From positions 907,215-971,214 of the forward strand of contig CAVWWD010000008.1 in NCBI GenBank assembly GCA_963758635.1: a stretch of DNA of 64,000 nt, read 5' to 3'. The stretch is from an uncultured Candidatus Rokubacteria bacterium. GTDB lineage: Bacteria > Methylomirabilota > Methylomirabilia > Rokubacteriales > CSP1-6. Below the pieces are notes generated by a model. The model worked only from the letters and a program-made list of their open reading frames with translations, did not search any database and was not told the origin of the DNA. Shown here piece by piece: positions 27,541-36,431 of this stretch. Numbering within the stretch: position 1 is the first letter of the stretch; every line of letters starts with the position of its first letter. The translations under genes were made by a program, and so were the position numbers.

Positions 27541-28629
27541 TCAGCTCACCTGGAAGCGCTTGATCGCCGCCTGGTCGAAGGCGAGGCCGAGCCCCGGCTT
27601 CTTCGGCACGAGGATCTGCCCGCCCTCGATGGCGGGCGTCTCCTCGAAGAGCCGGAGCGACCAGGGCATGTACTCGACGGTCAGCCCGTTGGGCACCGCG
27701 GCGACCAGGTGCACGTGGATCTCGGGGATGAGGTGGCTGACCACGGGGAGGTTGAACGCCTCGGCCATGCCCGCGACCTTCATCCACTGCGTGATGCCGC
27801 CCACGCGCAGCAGGTCGATCATGACGATGTCGACGGAGCGCGCCTCCAGGAGGTGCCGGAACGGCACGATGCCGTAGTGGTACTCGCCGGCGGCGATGGG
27901 CGTGGCGAGCGCGTCGGCCACCCGCGCCAGCCCCGCGAAGTCGTCGTGGGCCACCGCGTCCTCCAGCCAGTAGAGCCCGTAGGGCTCGATGCGGCGCCCC
28001 ACGTCGATGGCGTGGTGCACGCTCCAGAGCTGGTTGATGTCGCACATGAGGTCCACGTCGGGGCCGATCGCCTCGCGCATGACCCGCACGCGCTCCACCG
28101 ACGCGCCGATGGTGGGCTCGCTCCCGCACTGCATCTTCATCTGGCGGAAGCCCATGTCGCGAAGGCGCGGGCCGGCCTTGGCGAGGTAGTCGATCGAGTG
28201 CGGGCGCATCAGGGCGCCGCTCGCGTAGGTGGGCGCCCGGTCGCGGAGCCCGCCGAGGAGCGCGCACACCGACTGGCCCGCCGCCTTGCCCCGGAGGTCC
28301 CAGCAGGCCATGTCCACCGCGGACAGCGCGAGCGAGAAGATGCCGCCGGGCCCGGAGCTGCCCGCGGCGCGCCGGAGCTTGGCGCAGATGGCCTCGACGC
28401 GCGCCGGGGTCCTCGCCGATCGTGAGCCGACCGAAGTCGTCGACGGCCGTCCGCAGGGCGGGGTGAGCGCGCCGCCGAAGAACGTGAGGCCGATGCCGAC
28501 CAGCCCCTGGTCGGTGCCGAGCTCGAGGGTGACGAACTCGCGCGTGTCGGTGGGCGCGGGCAGGCCGACGACCAGGGGATTGTCGGCGGGCGTGCTGAGC
28601 ACGCGCGTGGTGACGTGGGTGATCTTCAT
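27541..28629 (-). CDS. mandelate racemase/muconate lactonizing enzyme (enolase superfamily) protein
   Basis: ORF 27541..28629. Sequence: DMACWDLRGK, LMCDINQLW, WLEDAV, IAAGEY. The internal stretch TPPCGRPSTTSVGSRSARTP reads as ..PALRTAVDDFGRLTIGEDP.. in another frame. This is a compensated -1 (~28461) and +1 (~28405). Confidence 0.9.
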   Translation of the reverse strand: MKITHVTTRVLSTPADNPLVVGLPAPTDTREFVTLELGTDQGLVGIGLTFFGGALTPPCGRPSTTSVGSRSARTPARVEAICAKLRRAAGSSGPGGIFSLALSAVDMACWDLRGKAAGQSVCALLGGLRDRAPTYASGALMRPHSIDYLAKAGPRLRDMGFRQMKMQCGSEPTIGASVERVRVMREAIGPDVDLMCDINQLWSVHHAIDVGRRIEPYGLYWLEDAVAHDDFAGLARVADALATPIAAGEYHYGIVPFRHLLEARSVDIVMIDLLRVGGITQWMKVAGMAEAFNLPVVSHLIPEIHVHLVAAVPNGLTVEYMPWSLRLFEETPAIEGGQILVPKKPGLGLAFDQAAIKRFQVS

Positions 28630-28674
28630 CGGTTGCGCTCCCAGGAAGATGTGGTCGCCTATACTACCGCCGAT

Positions 28675-29124
28675 TCACGCGCGCGAGAGCACCTGGTCGA
28701 TCTCGTCGAGGTGCTCGGCGCGATGATCGGCGCGCGACAGGCTGAGCGGGCCGCCCGCGGCGGCGTTGGCCGCGATCATCTCGTCGGACAGCGCCTCGAC
28801 CTTCCGGTCCACCTCGTCGGCGATGGCCAGGCAGACCTCGGCGGAGCGCCGCGGAGCCAGGGCGAGGAACATCGGCTTGGCCGCGTCGTTCACCCAGAGC
28901 ACGTCGGGCGGCTCGAGCGCGGGCGGCTTGCCCGAGCGCGCCCACTGGTCGAGCAGCGTGATGATGCGCTGGTCCCAGAACGCCAGGTGGGCGAGGATGC
29001 CGGACACCGTCCAGCCCGCGGACACCGGGCGGGCGAGCTCCGCGTCGCTCAGCCGGGTGACGAGGGCGCGCAGGCGGGCGCGCTCGGCGTTGTTCCTGGC
29101 GACGTAGCCACGATCGACGGCCAT
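28675..29124 (-). CDS. DinB-family protein (mycothiol-maleylpyruvate-isomerase N-terminal-domain-like)
   Basis: Last 149 codons of ORF 28675..30957 from ATG 29124 (GGAGGA RBS). Sequence: WTVSGILAHLAFWD...RADHRAEHLDEI. Confidence 0.8.
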   Translation of the reverse strand: MAVDRGYVARNNAERARLRALVTRLSDAELARPVSAGWTVSGILAHLAFWDQRIITLLDQWARSGKPPALEPPDVLWVNDAAKPMFLALAPRRSAEVCLAIADEVDRKVEALSDEMIAANAAAGGPLSLSRADHRAEHLDEIDQVLSRA

Positions 29125-29159
29125 TGTCGTGTCCTCCGTGAGGGTGGGTGTGGGGGTGG

Positions 29160-30491
29160 TCAGGAGCGGCGCGCGCGGTCGGTCAGGGCGCGCTCGACCT
29201 CGTCGGCCCACGCGACCGGCTCGCCGCGCTGCGCGCGGGCCTCGCGGATGAGCCGCAGGTTGCGCGCCGTCGTCTCCGCCTCCCAGGGCTCGCGCACGGC
29301 GGCGAGGGCGCGCCCGAGCGACGCGGACGCGGCGGCGCGGTCCTTGGCGAGCACGGCCAGCTCGAGCTGGGTGGCGAAGTCCCAGTAGTCGGGCCGCGTG
29401 GCGCCGATGCGGCGCTCCACCGCGTAGGCCACGACGGGAACGAGCCGCTCGCGCCGGGGATCGGGCGGGTTGCGGATCTCCATGAGCGTGACGGCGTTGA
29501 TGCCGGGGTAGGCGTCGCGCGGATCGGCCTCGAAGCCCTTCACGTACGCGTCGATGGCCTTGTCGAGCAGCCCCTCGGCGAGGAACGACTGTCCCTCCTT
29601 GCTCGCCGCCTCCCAGCGGTCCTTGTAGACGCGGCCGAGGATGCCGTAGGTCTCGCTGCTGGGGCCCTGCGCGTCCAGGAGCTGGAGCAGCACGCGCTCC
29701 GCCTCTTCCCCGCGTCCGGCCCGGTTCAGGGCGAGGGCGAGCTGCTCCTGCACCATCACGCTGCGCGCGAGGGGCTCGGCCATCTTCCGCGCCAGGGCCA
29801 CCATCTCCTCCCACGCGCGGACCGCGCGGTAGGAGAGGAAGAGGTCGATGACCACGCCCGCCTCCTGGTCGTCGATGGGATGAAGCGAGGCCTCCACGGC
29901 GAGCACGGCGTCCGCGCCCTGCTTGCGCGCGTCGGCGAGCCTGGACTTCACCTCGTCGCGGTACCGCACGCGGTCCCGGAACACGTCGGTCTTGAGCCGC
30001 TGGATGTCCGGGAACCCGTCCACGAGCTGGTAGACGGGGCTGTCCGCGGCCATGTCGCGCGCGGCCCGGAGCCGGGTCGTGATCGCCGCGCGGTCCGCGT
30101 CGAGGCGCTCGGGGCGGCCGTCGGGGCCCAGCTTGTAGGGCACGGCCCGGAGGAGCCCCACGTCGAACGGCTGCTGGCCCACGCCGTCGGCGAAGAGGAG
30201 CAGCGTGGAGGCGGGCCGCACGGCGTGACGGACGCCCAGCTCGTAGAAGACGTTGGCGTTGGCCGCGGTGAGGTCCGCCACGGCGAACTCGCACAGGATG
30301 AGGCGCTCGAACATGGGCTTGTGGATGATGCCGCCGGTCAGCTCCTGGTCGGCGCGGAGCGGCTCCAGCCCCGCCGCCTGCACCCCGGGGACGATGAGGT
30401 CCTGGTACACGACGTCGAAGTCCACGGTGACGCCGGACGGCGTCGGCTTGCGGCCGAAGGGCATCAGGACGAAGCAGAGCGGGCTCGCCAC
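29160..30491 (-). CDS. DUF4071 / MAP3K(ASK)-TRAF-binding-region-like protein with a TIR/nucleoside-2-deoxyribosyltransferase-like N-domain and a TPR-like helical body
   Basis: ORF 29160..30491. The N-terminus is CFVLMPFGRK..DFDVVYQDLIVPGVQAAGLEPLRADQELTGGIIHKPMFERLILCEFAVADLTAANANVFYELGVRHA. A roughly 300-aa all-helical region follows (ETYGILGRVYKDRWEAA.., DAYPGINAVTLM). The domain names are from memory of the family, not from a search. Confidence 0.7.
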   Translation of the reverse strand: MASPLCFVLMPFGRKPTPSGVTVDFDVVYQDLIVPGVQAAGLEPLRADQELTGGIIHKPMFERLILCEFAVADLTAANANVFYELGVRHAVRPASTLLLFADGVGQQPFDVGLLRAVPYKLGPDGRPERLDADRAAITTRLRAARDMAADSPVYQLVDGFPDIQRLKTDVFRDRVRYRDEVKSRLADARKQGADAVLAVEASLHPIDDQEAGVVIDLFLSYRAVRAWEEMVALARKMAEPLARSVMVQEQLALALNRAGRGEEAERVLLQLLDAQGPSSETYGILGRVYKDRWEAASKEGQSFLAEGLLDKAIDAYVKGFEADPRDAYPGINAVTLMEIRNPPDPRRERLVPVVAYAVERRIGATRPDYWDFATQLELAVLAKDRAAASASLGRALAAVREPWEAETTARNLRLIREARAQRGEPVAWADEVERALTDRARRS

Positions 30492-30559
30492 AGGGTGCAG
30501 TGTGGGTCATCGGTGGGGGACGTGCAAGGGCCGGGGCCGCGCAGGGCCTCTCGGACGAG

Positions 30560-30589
30560 TTGACACCCCGGGCGGCGGTCGCGTAAGTA
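30560..30589 (+). promoter_or_regulatory. candidate sigma70 promoter for the ABC operon (probably giving a leaderless or very short-leader mRNA)
   Basis: TTGACA (30560-30565), an 18-nt spacer, then TAAGTA (30584-30589). The -10 box abuts GTG 30590, so ATG 30599 (MISVRLVLGLLLLASPAWA) may be the real start. Confidence 0.45.
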
Positions 30590-31609
30590 GTGTCAACAAT
30601 GATCTCCGTGCGGCTCGTCCTCGGCCTCCTGCTCCTCGCCAGCCCCGCCTGGGCGCAGGGCGCCTTCACGCCCGACGCCGTCGACATGGCGGCGGCGAAG
30701 AAGGAAGGCGCGGTGACCTGGTACACCTCGACGCCGGTCGAGGTGGCCCAGAAGATCGCCAACCTCTTCCAGGCGCAGACGGGCATCAAGGTCGAGCTGT
30801 TCCGCTCCGGCGGCTCCGCGGTGCTGCGGCGGTTCATGCAGGAGATCGACGCCCGGCGCGTCATCGCCGACGTCATGACCATCTCCGATCCCGCCGCGGC
30901 CGGCGCATTGATCAAGCGCGACCTCCTCGTGCCGTTCCGGCCGAAGAACTTCGACAAGGTCAGGGAGGAGGTGAAGGACCCGAAGGGCTACCACGTCGCC
31001 CAGCGGCTGAACCTGGTGGGCATCGTGATCCGGACCGACAAGGGCGTCGAGCCGCCGAAGAACTGGACGGACCTGACGCACCCGCGCTTCAAGGGACAGA
31101 TGGTGATGCCCGACCCCTCCTACACCGCGATCCAGCTCATGGTGGTCGGCACGCTCTCGAAGAAGTACGGCTGGGAGTTCTACCAGAAGCTCCGCGCCAA
31201 CGACATCATGATCGTGCAAGGCCACCAGCAGGTGTCGGAGACGCTCACGCGGGGCGAGCGGCTCGTGGCCGCGGAGGGCGCCGACCAGTACGCGTGGACC
31301 GACCGGAAGGCCGGCCACAAGGTGCAGACGATCTACCCGGCGGACGGCGGCTTCGCCATCGCCGCGCCGACCGCGGTGATCAAGGGCGGGCCGCACCCGA
31401 ACGCGGCGAAGGCCCTCGCCGAGTTCATGATCAGCGACACCGTCCAGAAGCTCTTCCCCGGCGAGGGCATCTACGCCGCGCGGTCGGACGTGGAGCCGCC
31501 CCCCGGCAATCCGCCGCTCGCCCAGATCAAGCTCCTCGCCGTGGACTACGACCAGATCGAGAAGGACGCCAAGGCGCTGAAGACGCGGTTCAACGAGATC
31601 TACCAGTGA
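30590..31609 (+). CDS. ABC transporter substrate-binding protein (Fe(III)/FbpA-AfuA-like, family 1)
   Basis: ORF 30590..31609. It has a signal peptide ending AWAQG and an SBP fold-like sequence (VTWYTS.., ELFRSGG..). Confidence 0.9.
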   Translation: MSTMISVRLVLGLLLLASPAWAQGAFTPDAVDMAAAKKEGAVTWYTSTPVEVAQKIANLFQAQTGIKVELFRSGGSAVLRRFMQEIDARRVIADVMTISDPAAAGALIKRDLLVPFRPKNFDKVREEVKDPKGYHVAQRLNLVGIVIRTDKGVEPPKNWTDLTHPRFKGQMVMPDPSYTAIQLMVVGTLSKKYGWEFYQKLRANDIMIVQGHQQVSETLTRGERLVAAEGADQYAWTDRKAGHKVQTIYPADGGFAIAAPTAVIKGGPHPNAAKALAEFMISDTVQKLFPGEGIYAARSDVEPPPGNPPLAQIKLLAVDYDQIEKDAKALKTRFNEIYQ

Positions 31610-31637
31610 CCGGTCGAAGGGTCAGAAGGAGACTCCG

Positions 31638-33133
31638 ATGAACCTCCTCGATCCCGAAGAGCTCGCCCGGCTCCTTCCCGCGGAAGAGCACGCCTACGCG
31701 TCGCCGATCCCGACGCAGAGCGTGTCGAGCGACGAGTTCATGCCCGGTCCCCAGACCACCGCCCAGCGCCGCGTCGAGGCCCGGATCAAGGAGCTGGGCG
31801 GGGACCTCGCGCGCAAGCAGGGCATGACCCGGCGCCGGTTCCTGCAGACGGCCTCCGGCATGGCCGCCGCCTTCGTGGCCATGAACGAGGTGTACGGCCG
31901 GCTCTTCGACGCGAGCCTGGCCGAGGCGCAGACGCCGGACATGGCCAAGGAGCGGGCGGCTGCGCTGTCCAAGCAGTTCGTGATGGACTGCCACACCCAC
32001 TTCCTGCGCGACGACACGCGGATCATGACGTTCGTCCGCCAGCGCGAGGCGGTGGGCAAGGCGGGCTGGAATCCGGCCCTCGTGGGCAAGGCCCAGACCA
32101 TCGAGGACCTGAAGTTCGCGAACTACTTCAAGGAGGTGTTTCTCGACAGCGACACCAAGGTGGCGATGATCTCCGGCGCCCCCTCGGAACGTCACGCAGG
32201 ACTGGTTCCTCACCAACGAGATGAAGGCGGAGGCGCGAGCCAAGGTCAACCGCGACGCGGGCTCCCGGCGCATGCTCGCCCACGCGATCTTCACGCCGGG
32301 CCAGCCCGGCTGGCTCGAGGCCGTCGATCGCGCCATCGCCGAGCTCAAACCGGACTCCTTCAAGGGCTACACGATCGGCGACAACACCCACAAGCAGACC
32401 AGCAAGTACCCATGGCGGATGGACGACGAGCAGGTCGCCTACAAGGCGTACGAGAAGTTTCAGAAGGCGGGGCTCGTCAACGTGTGCGTGCACAAGGGGC
32501 TGTTCCCGCCATCGGTGGAGAAGCAGTTCCCGCACCTCCTCGCCCACTCCGACGTGCGCGACGTCGCCAAGGCGGCGAAGGACTGGCCGCAGCTGAACTT
32601 CGTCATCTATCACTCCGCCTATCGCTTCCCCGGCGGGGGCCGTCCCGAGGACGCCTGGGAGCAGTTCGAGAAGACCGGACGCATCGAGTGGGTGACCGAC
32701 CTCGCCGAGAGTCCCGGGCAAGCACGGCGTGACGAACGTCTACGCGGACCTGGGCCAGATCTTCGCCCAGAGCACGGTCGCGCATCCCCGGGTGTGCGCG
32801 GCGATGATGGGCCAGCTCGTCCGCGGGCTGGGGGCGGATCACGTGGTGTGGGGAACGGACGCCATCTGGACGGGCTCGCCGCAGTGGCAGATCGAGGCGC
32901 TCCGGAGGCTCGAGATCCCCGAGGACCTCCAGAAGAGCCACGGGCTCAGGCCGCTCGGGCCGGCCGATGGGCCGGTCAAGACGGCCATCCTCGGCGAGAA
33001 CAACGCGCGGCTCTACAAGTACGACCGCCGCGCGGCGCTCGACACGGACCGTCTCGCCGTGGCCAAGGCCGCGTACGAGAAGGAAGGGCCGGCGCGGTCG
33101 AACCTCCGCTACGGCTACGTCCTCAAGGGCTGA
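31638..33133 (+). CDS. amidohydrolase-2 (TIM-barrel metal hydrolase) with a twin-arginine signal, split by two +1 slips
   Basis: ORF 31638..32732 has a GAAGGAGA RBS, the Tat motif TRRRFLQTASGMAAAFVA at residue ~64, and MDCHTHF. ORF 32221..33168 and ORF 32729..33133 join it at ~32188-32190 and ~32710. The ending ..GENNARLYKY.. is typical. Confidence 0.8.
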
Positions 33134-33191
33134 CGGGCTGCCGAGAGCGGCCCAGCCACCGGCTCTGATCCGACCTGATCGAGCGCATCCG

Positions 33192-34874
33192 CTGAGACCG
33201 CGGCGGGTCGGGGTCGAGCACGTCGTCCTGGCGTGCTCGGCCCTGGCCCTCGTCCTCCTCGTCGTGCTGCCCCTGGCCTTCCTCGTGTGGGGCAGCCTGA
33301 GCGCCGACGGGCGTCCGACTCTCGAGCACTTCCGGGAGGCCCTGGGGAGCCGGCTCTACGTGCAGGCCCTCCGGAACTCGCTGGTGCTCGGCCTCTGGAC
33401 GGCCGTGCTCAGCGTGGCCATCGGCCTGCCGCTGGCGTGGGCGGTCAGCCGCACCGACGTGCCGGGGCGGCGATTCGTGCACATGACCGCGGTGGTGTCG
33501 TACGTGACGCCGCCCTACCTCACGGCGATCGCCTTCGTGAACCTGTTCAGCCCGAACGCGGGTCTGGTGAACCGCTTCCTTCGTGATGTCGTCGGGCTGC
33601 CCGCGCTCACGTTCAACGTGTTCTCGATGTCGGGGCTCGTCCTGGTCACCGTGCTGCACACGTTCCCGTTCGTCTATCTGCTGGCGGCGAGCGCGCTGGA
33701 GTCCGTGGACGCGTCGATGGAGGAGTCCGCGCAGATCCTCGGCGCGGGGCGGTGGCGCACCGCGCTCGCCATCACCGGGCCGCTGGTGGCGCCGGCCATC
33801 CTGTCCGGCGCGCTCATCGCGTTCGTGAACGCGATCGCGCTGTTCGGCTCGCAGGCCATCATCGGGCTGCCCGGGCGCGTGTTCACGCTGCCCACGCGCA
33901 TCTACGCGCTCTTCGACTACCCGCCGCAGCACGGGCTCGCCTCCGCCATGTCGCTGGTCTTCGTGCTCATCACGGTGGTGGCGCTGTCGCTCCAGCGCGG
34001 CTACCTGGCGCGGCGCTCGTACGTGACGCTCGGCGGGAAGGGGAGCCGCCCGCGCCGGGTCGCCCTCGGCCCCGCGCGCTGGGGCGTCTTCGCGTTCTGC
34101 GTGGGCGTGTTCGTGGTCGCCGTGCTCGCCCCCTACGTCACGCTCCTCGCGGTGTCGGTCTCGAAGTCGTGGGGGCTCCAGTTCTGGCAGAACCTGACCC
34201 TCCAGCACTACCGGTTCGTGCTGATCGACTACGACGTCACGCGCCGGGCGATCGCCAACAGCCTGATCCTGGCCGCGGGCGCGGCCACGCTGGCCGTGGC
34301 GCTGGGCGCGCTGATCGGCTGGATCGACCTCCGCACCGGGCTCCGCGGGCGGCGGCTCCTCGACTACGTGTCGCTGGTGCCGCTGGGGCTGCCCGGCATC
34401 GTGGTGGCGGTGGCGCTCATCCAGTTCTGGCTGCGCGTGCCGCTGCCGATCTACGGCACGCTCCTGATCATCCTGCTCGCCTACACGGGGCGCTACGTGC
34501 CGCTCGGGGTGCGCTCCGCGAACGCGGCGTTCCGGCAGATCGACCCGTCGCTCGAGGAGACGGCGCGCGTCACCGGCGCGGGGTGGCTGCGCACCTTCCG
34601 GAGCGTGTCGCTGCCGCTGGCGCGCCCCGGGCTCTTCGCGGGCTGGCTCCTCGTGTTCGTGCCCGCGCTCCAGGAGCTGTCCGCGTCGATCCTGCTCTTC
34701 AGCTCGGGGTCGATCACGCTCGCCGTGGCGGTCTACAACCTGTACGAGACGGGCGCGCTCGAGCCGGTGGCGGCGCTGGCCATCGTGACGATGGTGATCA
34801 TCGCTGCCGCGGTGGGCCTGGCCACGCGGCTGACCCGGCGGGCCGCCCCGGGCGAGGGGATGGTGGCGCAGTGA
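33192..34874 (+). CDS. ABC transporter permease, double BPD-type (Fe(III)-transport-like); start codon unclear
   Basis: Frame of ORF 32967..34874. The sensible protein begins ..RPRRVGVEHVVLACSALALVLLVVLPLAF. There is no ATG/GTG/TTG between the upstream stop (33133) and this point, so CTG 33192 is taken provisionally. Two EAA-type loops are present (ESAQILGAGRWRT, ETARVTGAGWLRT). Confidence 0.8.
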   Translation: MRPRRVGVEHVVLACSALALVLLVVLPLAFLVWGSLSADGRPTLEHFREALGSRLYVQALRNSLVLGLWTAVLSVAIGLPLAWAVSRTDVPGRRFVHMTAVVSYVTPPYLTAIAFVNLFSPNAGLVNRFLRDVVGLPALTFNVFSMSGLVLVTVLHTFPFVYLLAASALESVDASMEESAQILGAGRWRTALAITGPLVAPAILSGALIAFVNAIALFGSQAIIGLPGRVFTLPTRIYALFDYPPQHGLASAMSLVFVLITVVALSLQRGYLARRSYVTLGGKGSRPRRVALGPARWGVFAFCVGVFVVAVLAPYVTLLAVSVSKSWGLQFWQNLTLQHYRFVLIDYDVTRRAIANSLILAAGAATLAVALGALIGWIDLRTGLRGRRLLDYVSLVPLGLPGIVVAVALIQFWLRVPLPIYGTLLIILLAYTGRYVPLGVRSANAAFRQIDPSLEETARVTGAGWLRTFRSVSLPLARPGLFAGWLLVFVPALQELSASILLFSSGSITLAVAVYNLYETGALEPVAALAIVTMVIIAAAVGLATRLTRRAAPGEGMVAQ

Positions 34875-35951
34875 GGCGGCGCGATCTCCGTCGAGGGCGT
34901 GACCAAGCGCTTCGGCGCGCTCACCGCGGTGCGACGCGTGAGCCTCGAGATCGCCGAGCGCGAGTTCGTGACGCTCCTGGGCCCGAGCGGCTGCGGAAAG
35001 ACGACGCTGCTGCGGATGCTCGCCGGCTTCGTGGCGCCGGACGAGGGCGCGATCCGCGCCTCGGGCATGACCCTCTCCACGCCCGAGGCGATGGTGCCGC
35101 CGGAGCGCCGGGGCATGGGCATGGTCTTCCAGAACTACGCGGTGTGGCCGCACAAGACCGTGCACCAGAACGTGGCGTTCGGTCTGGAGGTCCGCCGGGT
35201 CGGGCGAGCGGAGGCGCGGGAGCGGGTGGGCCGCGTCCTGGAGATGGTCGGCCTCGGCGGCCTCGACGCGCGTTACCCCGGCCAGCTCAGCGGCGGCCAG
35301 CAGCAGCGAGTGGCGCTGGCGCGGAGCCTCGTGGTCGAGCCGGGCATCCTCCTGCTCGACGAGCCCCTGTCGAACCTGGACGCCAAGCTCCGCGAGCGCA
35401 TGCGCTGGGAGCTGAAGGACCTCCAGCGCCGCACCGGCATCGTGTTCGTCTACGTCACCCACGACCAGTCCGAGGCCATGGCGCTGTCCGACCGGATCGC
35501 CGTGATGCACGAGGGCGAGCTCCGCCAGGTGGGCTCCCCGCGCGAGGTCTACACGCGCCCGGCGGACCGCACGGTGGCCGACTTCATGGGCCTGGTGAAC
35601 CTGGTCCCGGGCAAGGTGGTTCGCGCCGCGGAGGGGTTGGTCGAGGTGGCGGGCGCCCGCCTGGCTCTCGGGCTAGTGCCTGGGATCGGGGACGGAGCCC
35701 GAGTCCAGGTCGCGATCCGACCGGAGAGCCTCGGGCTCGAAGCGCTGGTCGCTGGCGCGCCCACTCCGACCGGCGCCATGGCGGGTCAGGTGGTCGAGAC
35801 GACCTTCCTGGGGAATCTCACCGACTGCCACGTAACTCTGGACGGCGGAACACGGATCCGCGTTCAGGGCAGACCCGGTGACATGTTCGCGCCGGGGCAG
35901 CGCGTGAGCGTGCGACCGGATTCGGAGGCGGTGACGGTCTTCCCAGGCTGA
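34871..35951 (+). CDS. ABC transporter ATP-binding protein
   Basis: ORF 34899..35951 has Walker [10 protein letters not shown], the signature LSGGQQQRV and Walker B LLLDEP. GTG 34871 overlaps the permease stop (GTGA). Removing nt ~34883 restores the usual N-terminal strand ([15 protein letters not shown]). Otherwise the start is 34899. Confidence 0.85.
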
Positions 35952-36004
35952 ACGCGCCGGGTGAGCAGCCGACGAAGCCGGTCCGCTCCAGCCGGAAGTT
36001 AGAC

Positions 36005-36192
36005 TCAGCGGCGCGACCGCCAATGTCGGGGATTCCGGCGGCCATGCATAACCGCCAGGACGATGATCGCGTCGTCGAGGGAGCGAAAGTACACGCCGTA
36101 TGGAAATCGAACGCACGAGCGCGCGTACGTGTCCCTCGCGCATCGAGAAGCTCCGCCTCGGCCTCGGGGCGAAATACAAGGCGTCGGGTCAC
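36005..36192 (-). pseudogene. decayed ParE/RelE-family toxin (frameshift plus internal deletion)
   Basis: GTG 36192 overlaps the antitoxin stop (GTGA). VTRRLVFRPEAEAELLDAR then slips at ~36135 into DTYARSCVRFPYGVYFRSLDDAIIVLAVMHGRRNPRHWRSRR*. About 40 residues that normally separate these two blocks are missing. Confidence 0.65.
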
Positions 36193-36416
36193 GCACCGCT
36201 CGCGAGCTTCCGCCGCACCTCTTCCCAGGGGATGGCACTGCCAGGATCTGCGAGATGTTGCTCCAGGCGTCGGTCGAGTTCCGCCTCCTGCTCCGGCGTC
36301 AAGGCGAGCTCCGCCTCACGATCCTCATCGGTGAGGCTGTCCCACAGCGCCATGGCAAGCTCGATGCGGTCCTTGGCCGGCAGCTGTAGAAGCGTAGCGA
36401 GGGTGTTCGACAACAT
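36189..36416 (-). CDS. addiction-module antitoxin (putative addiction module component family)
   Basis: ORF 36189..36431. The preferred start is ATG 36416 after GGGAGGA. Sequence: MLSNTLATLLQLPAKDRIELAMALWDSL..ELDRRLEQHLADPGSAIPWEEV. Confidence 0.8.
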   Translation of the reverse strand: MLSNTLATLLQLPAKDRIELAMALWDSLTDEDREAELALTPEQEAELDRRLEQHLADPGSAIPWEEVRRKLASGA

Positions 36417-36431
36417 GCTTGATCCTCCCAT

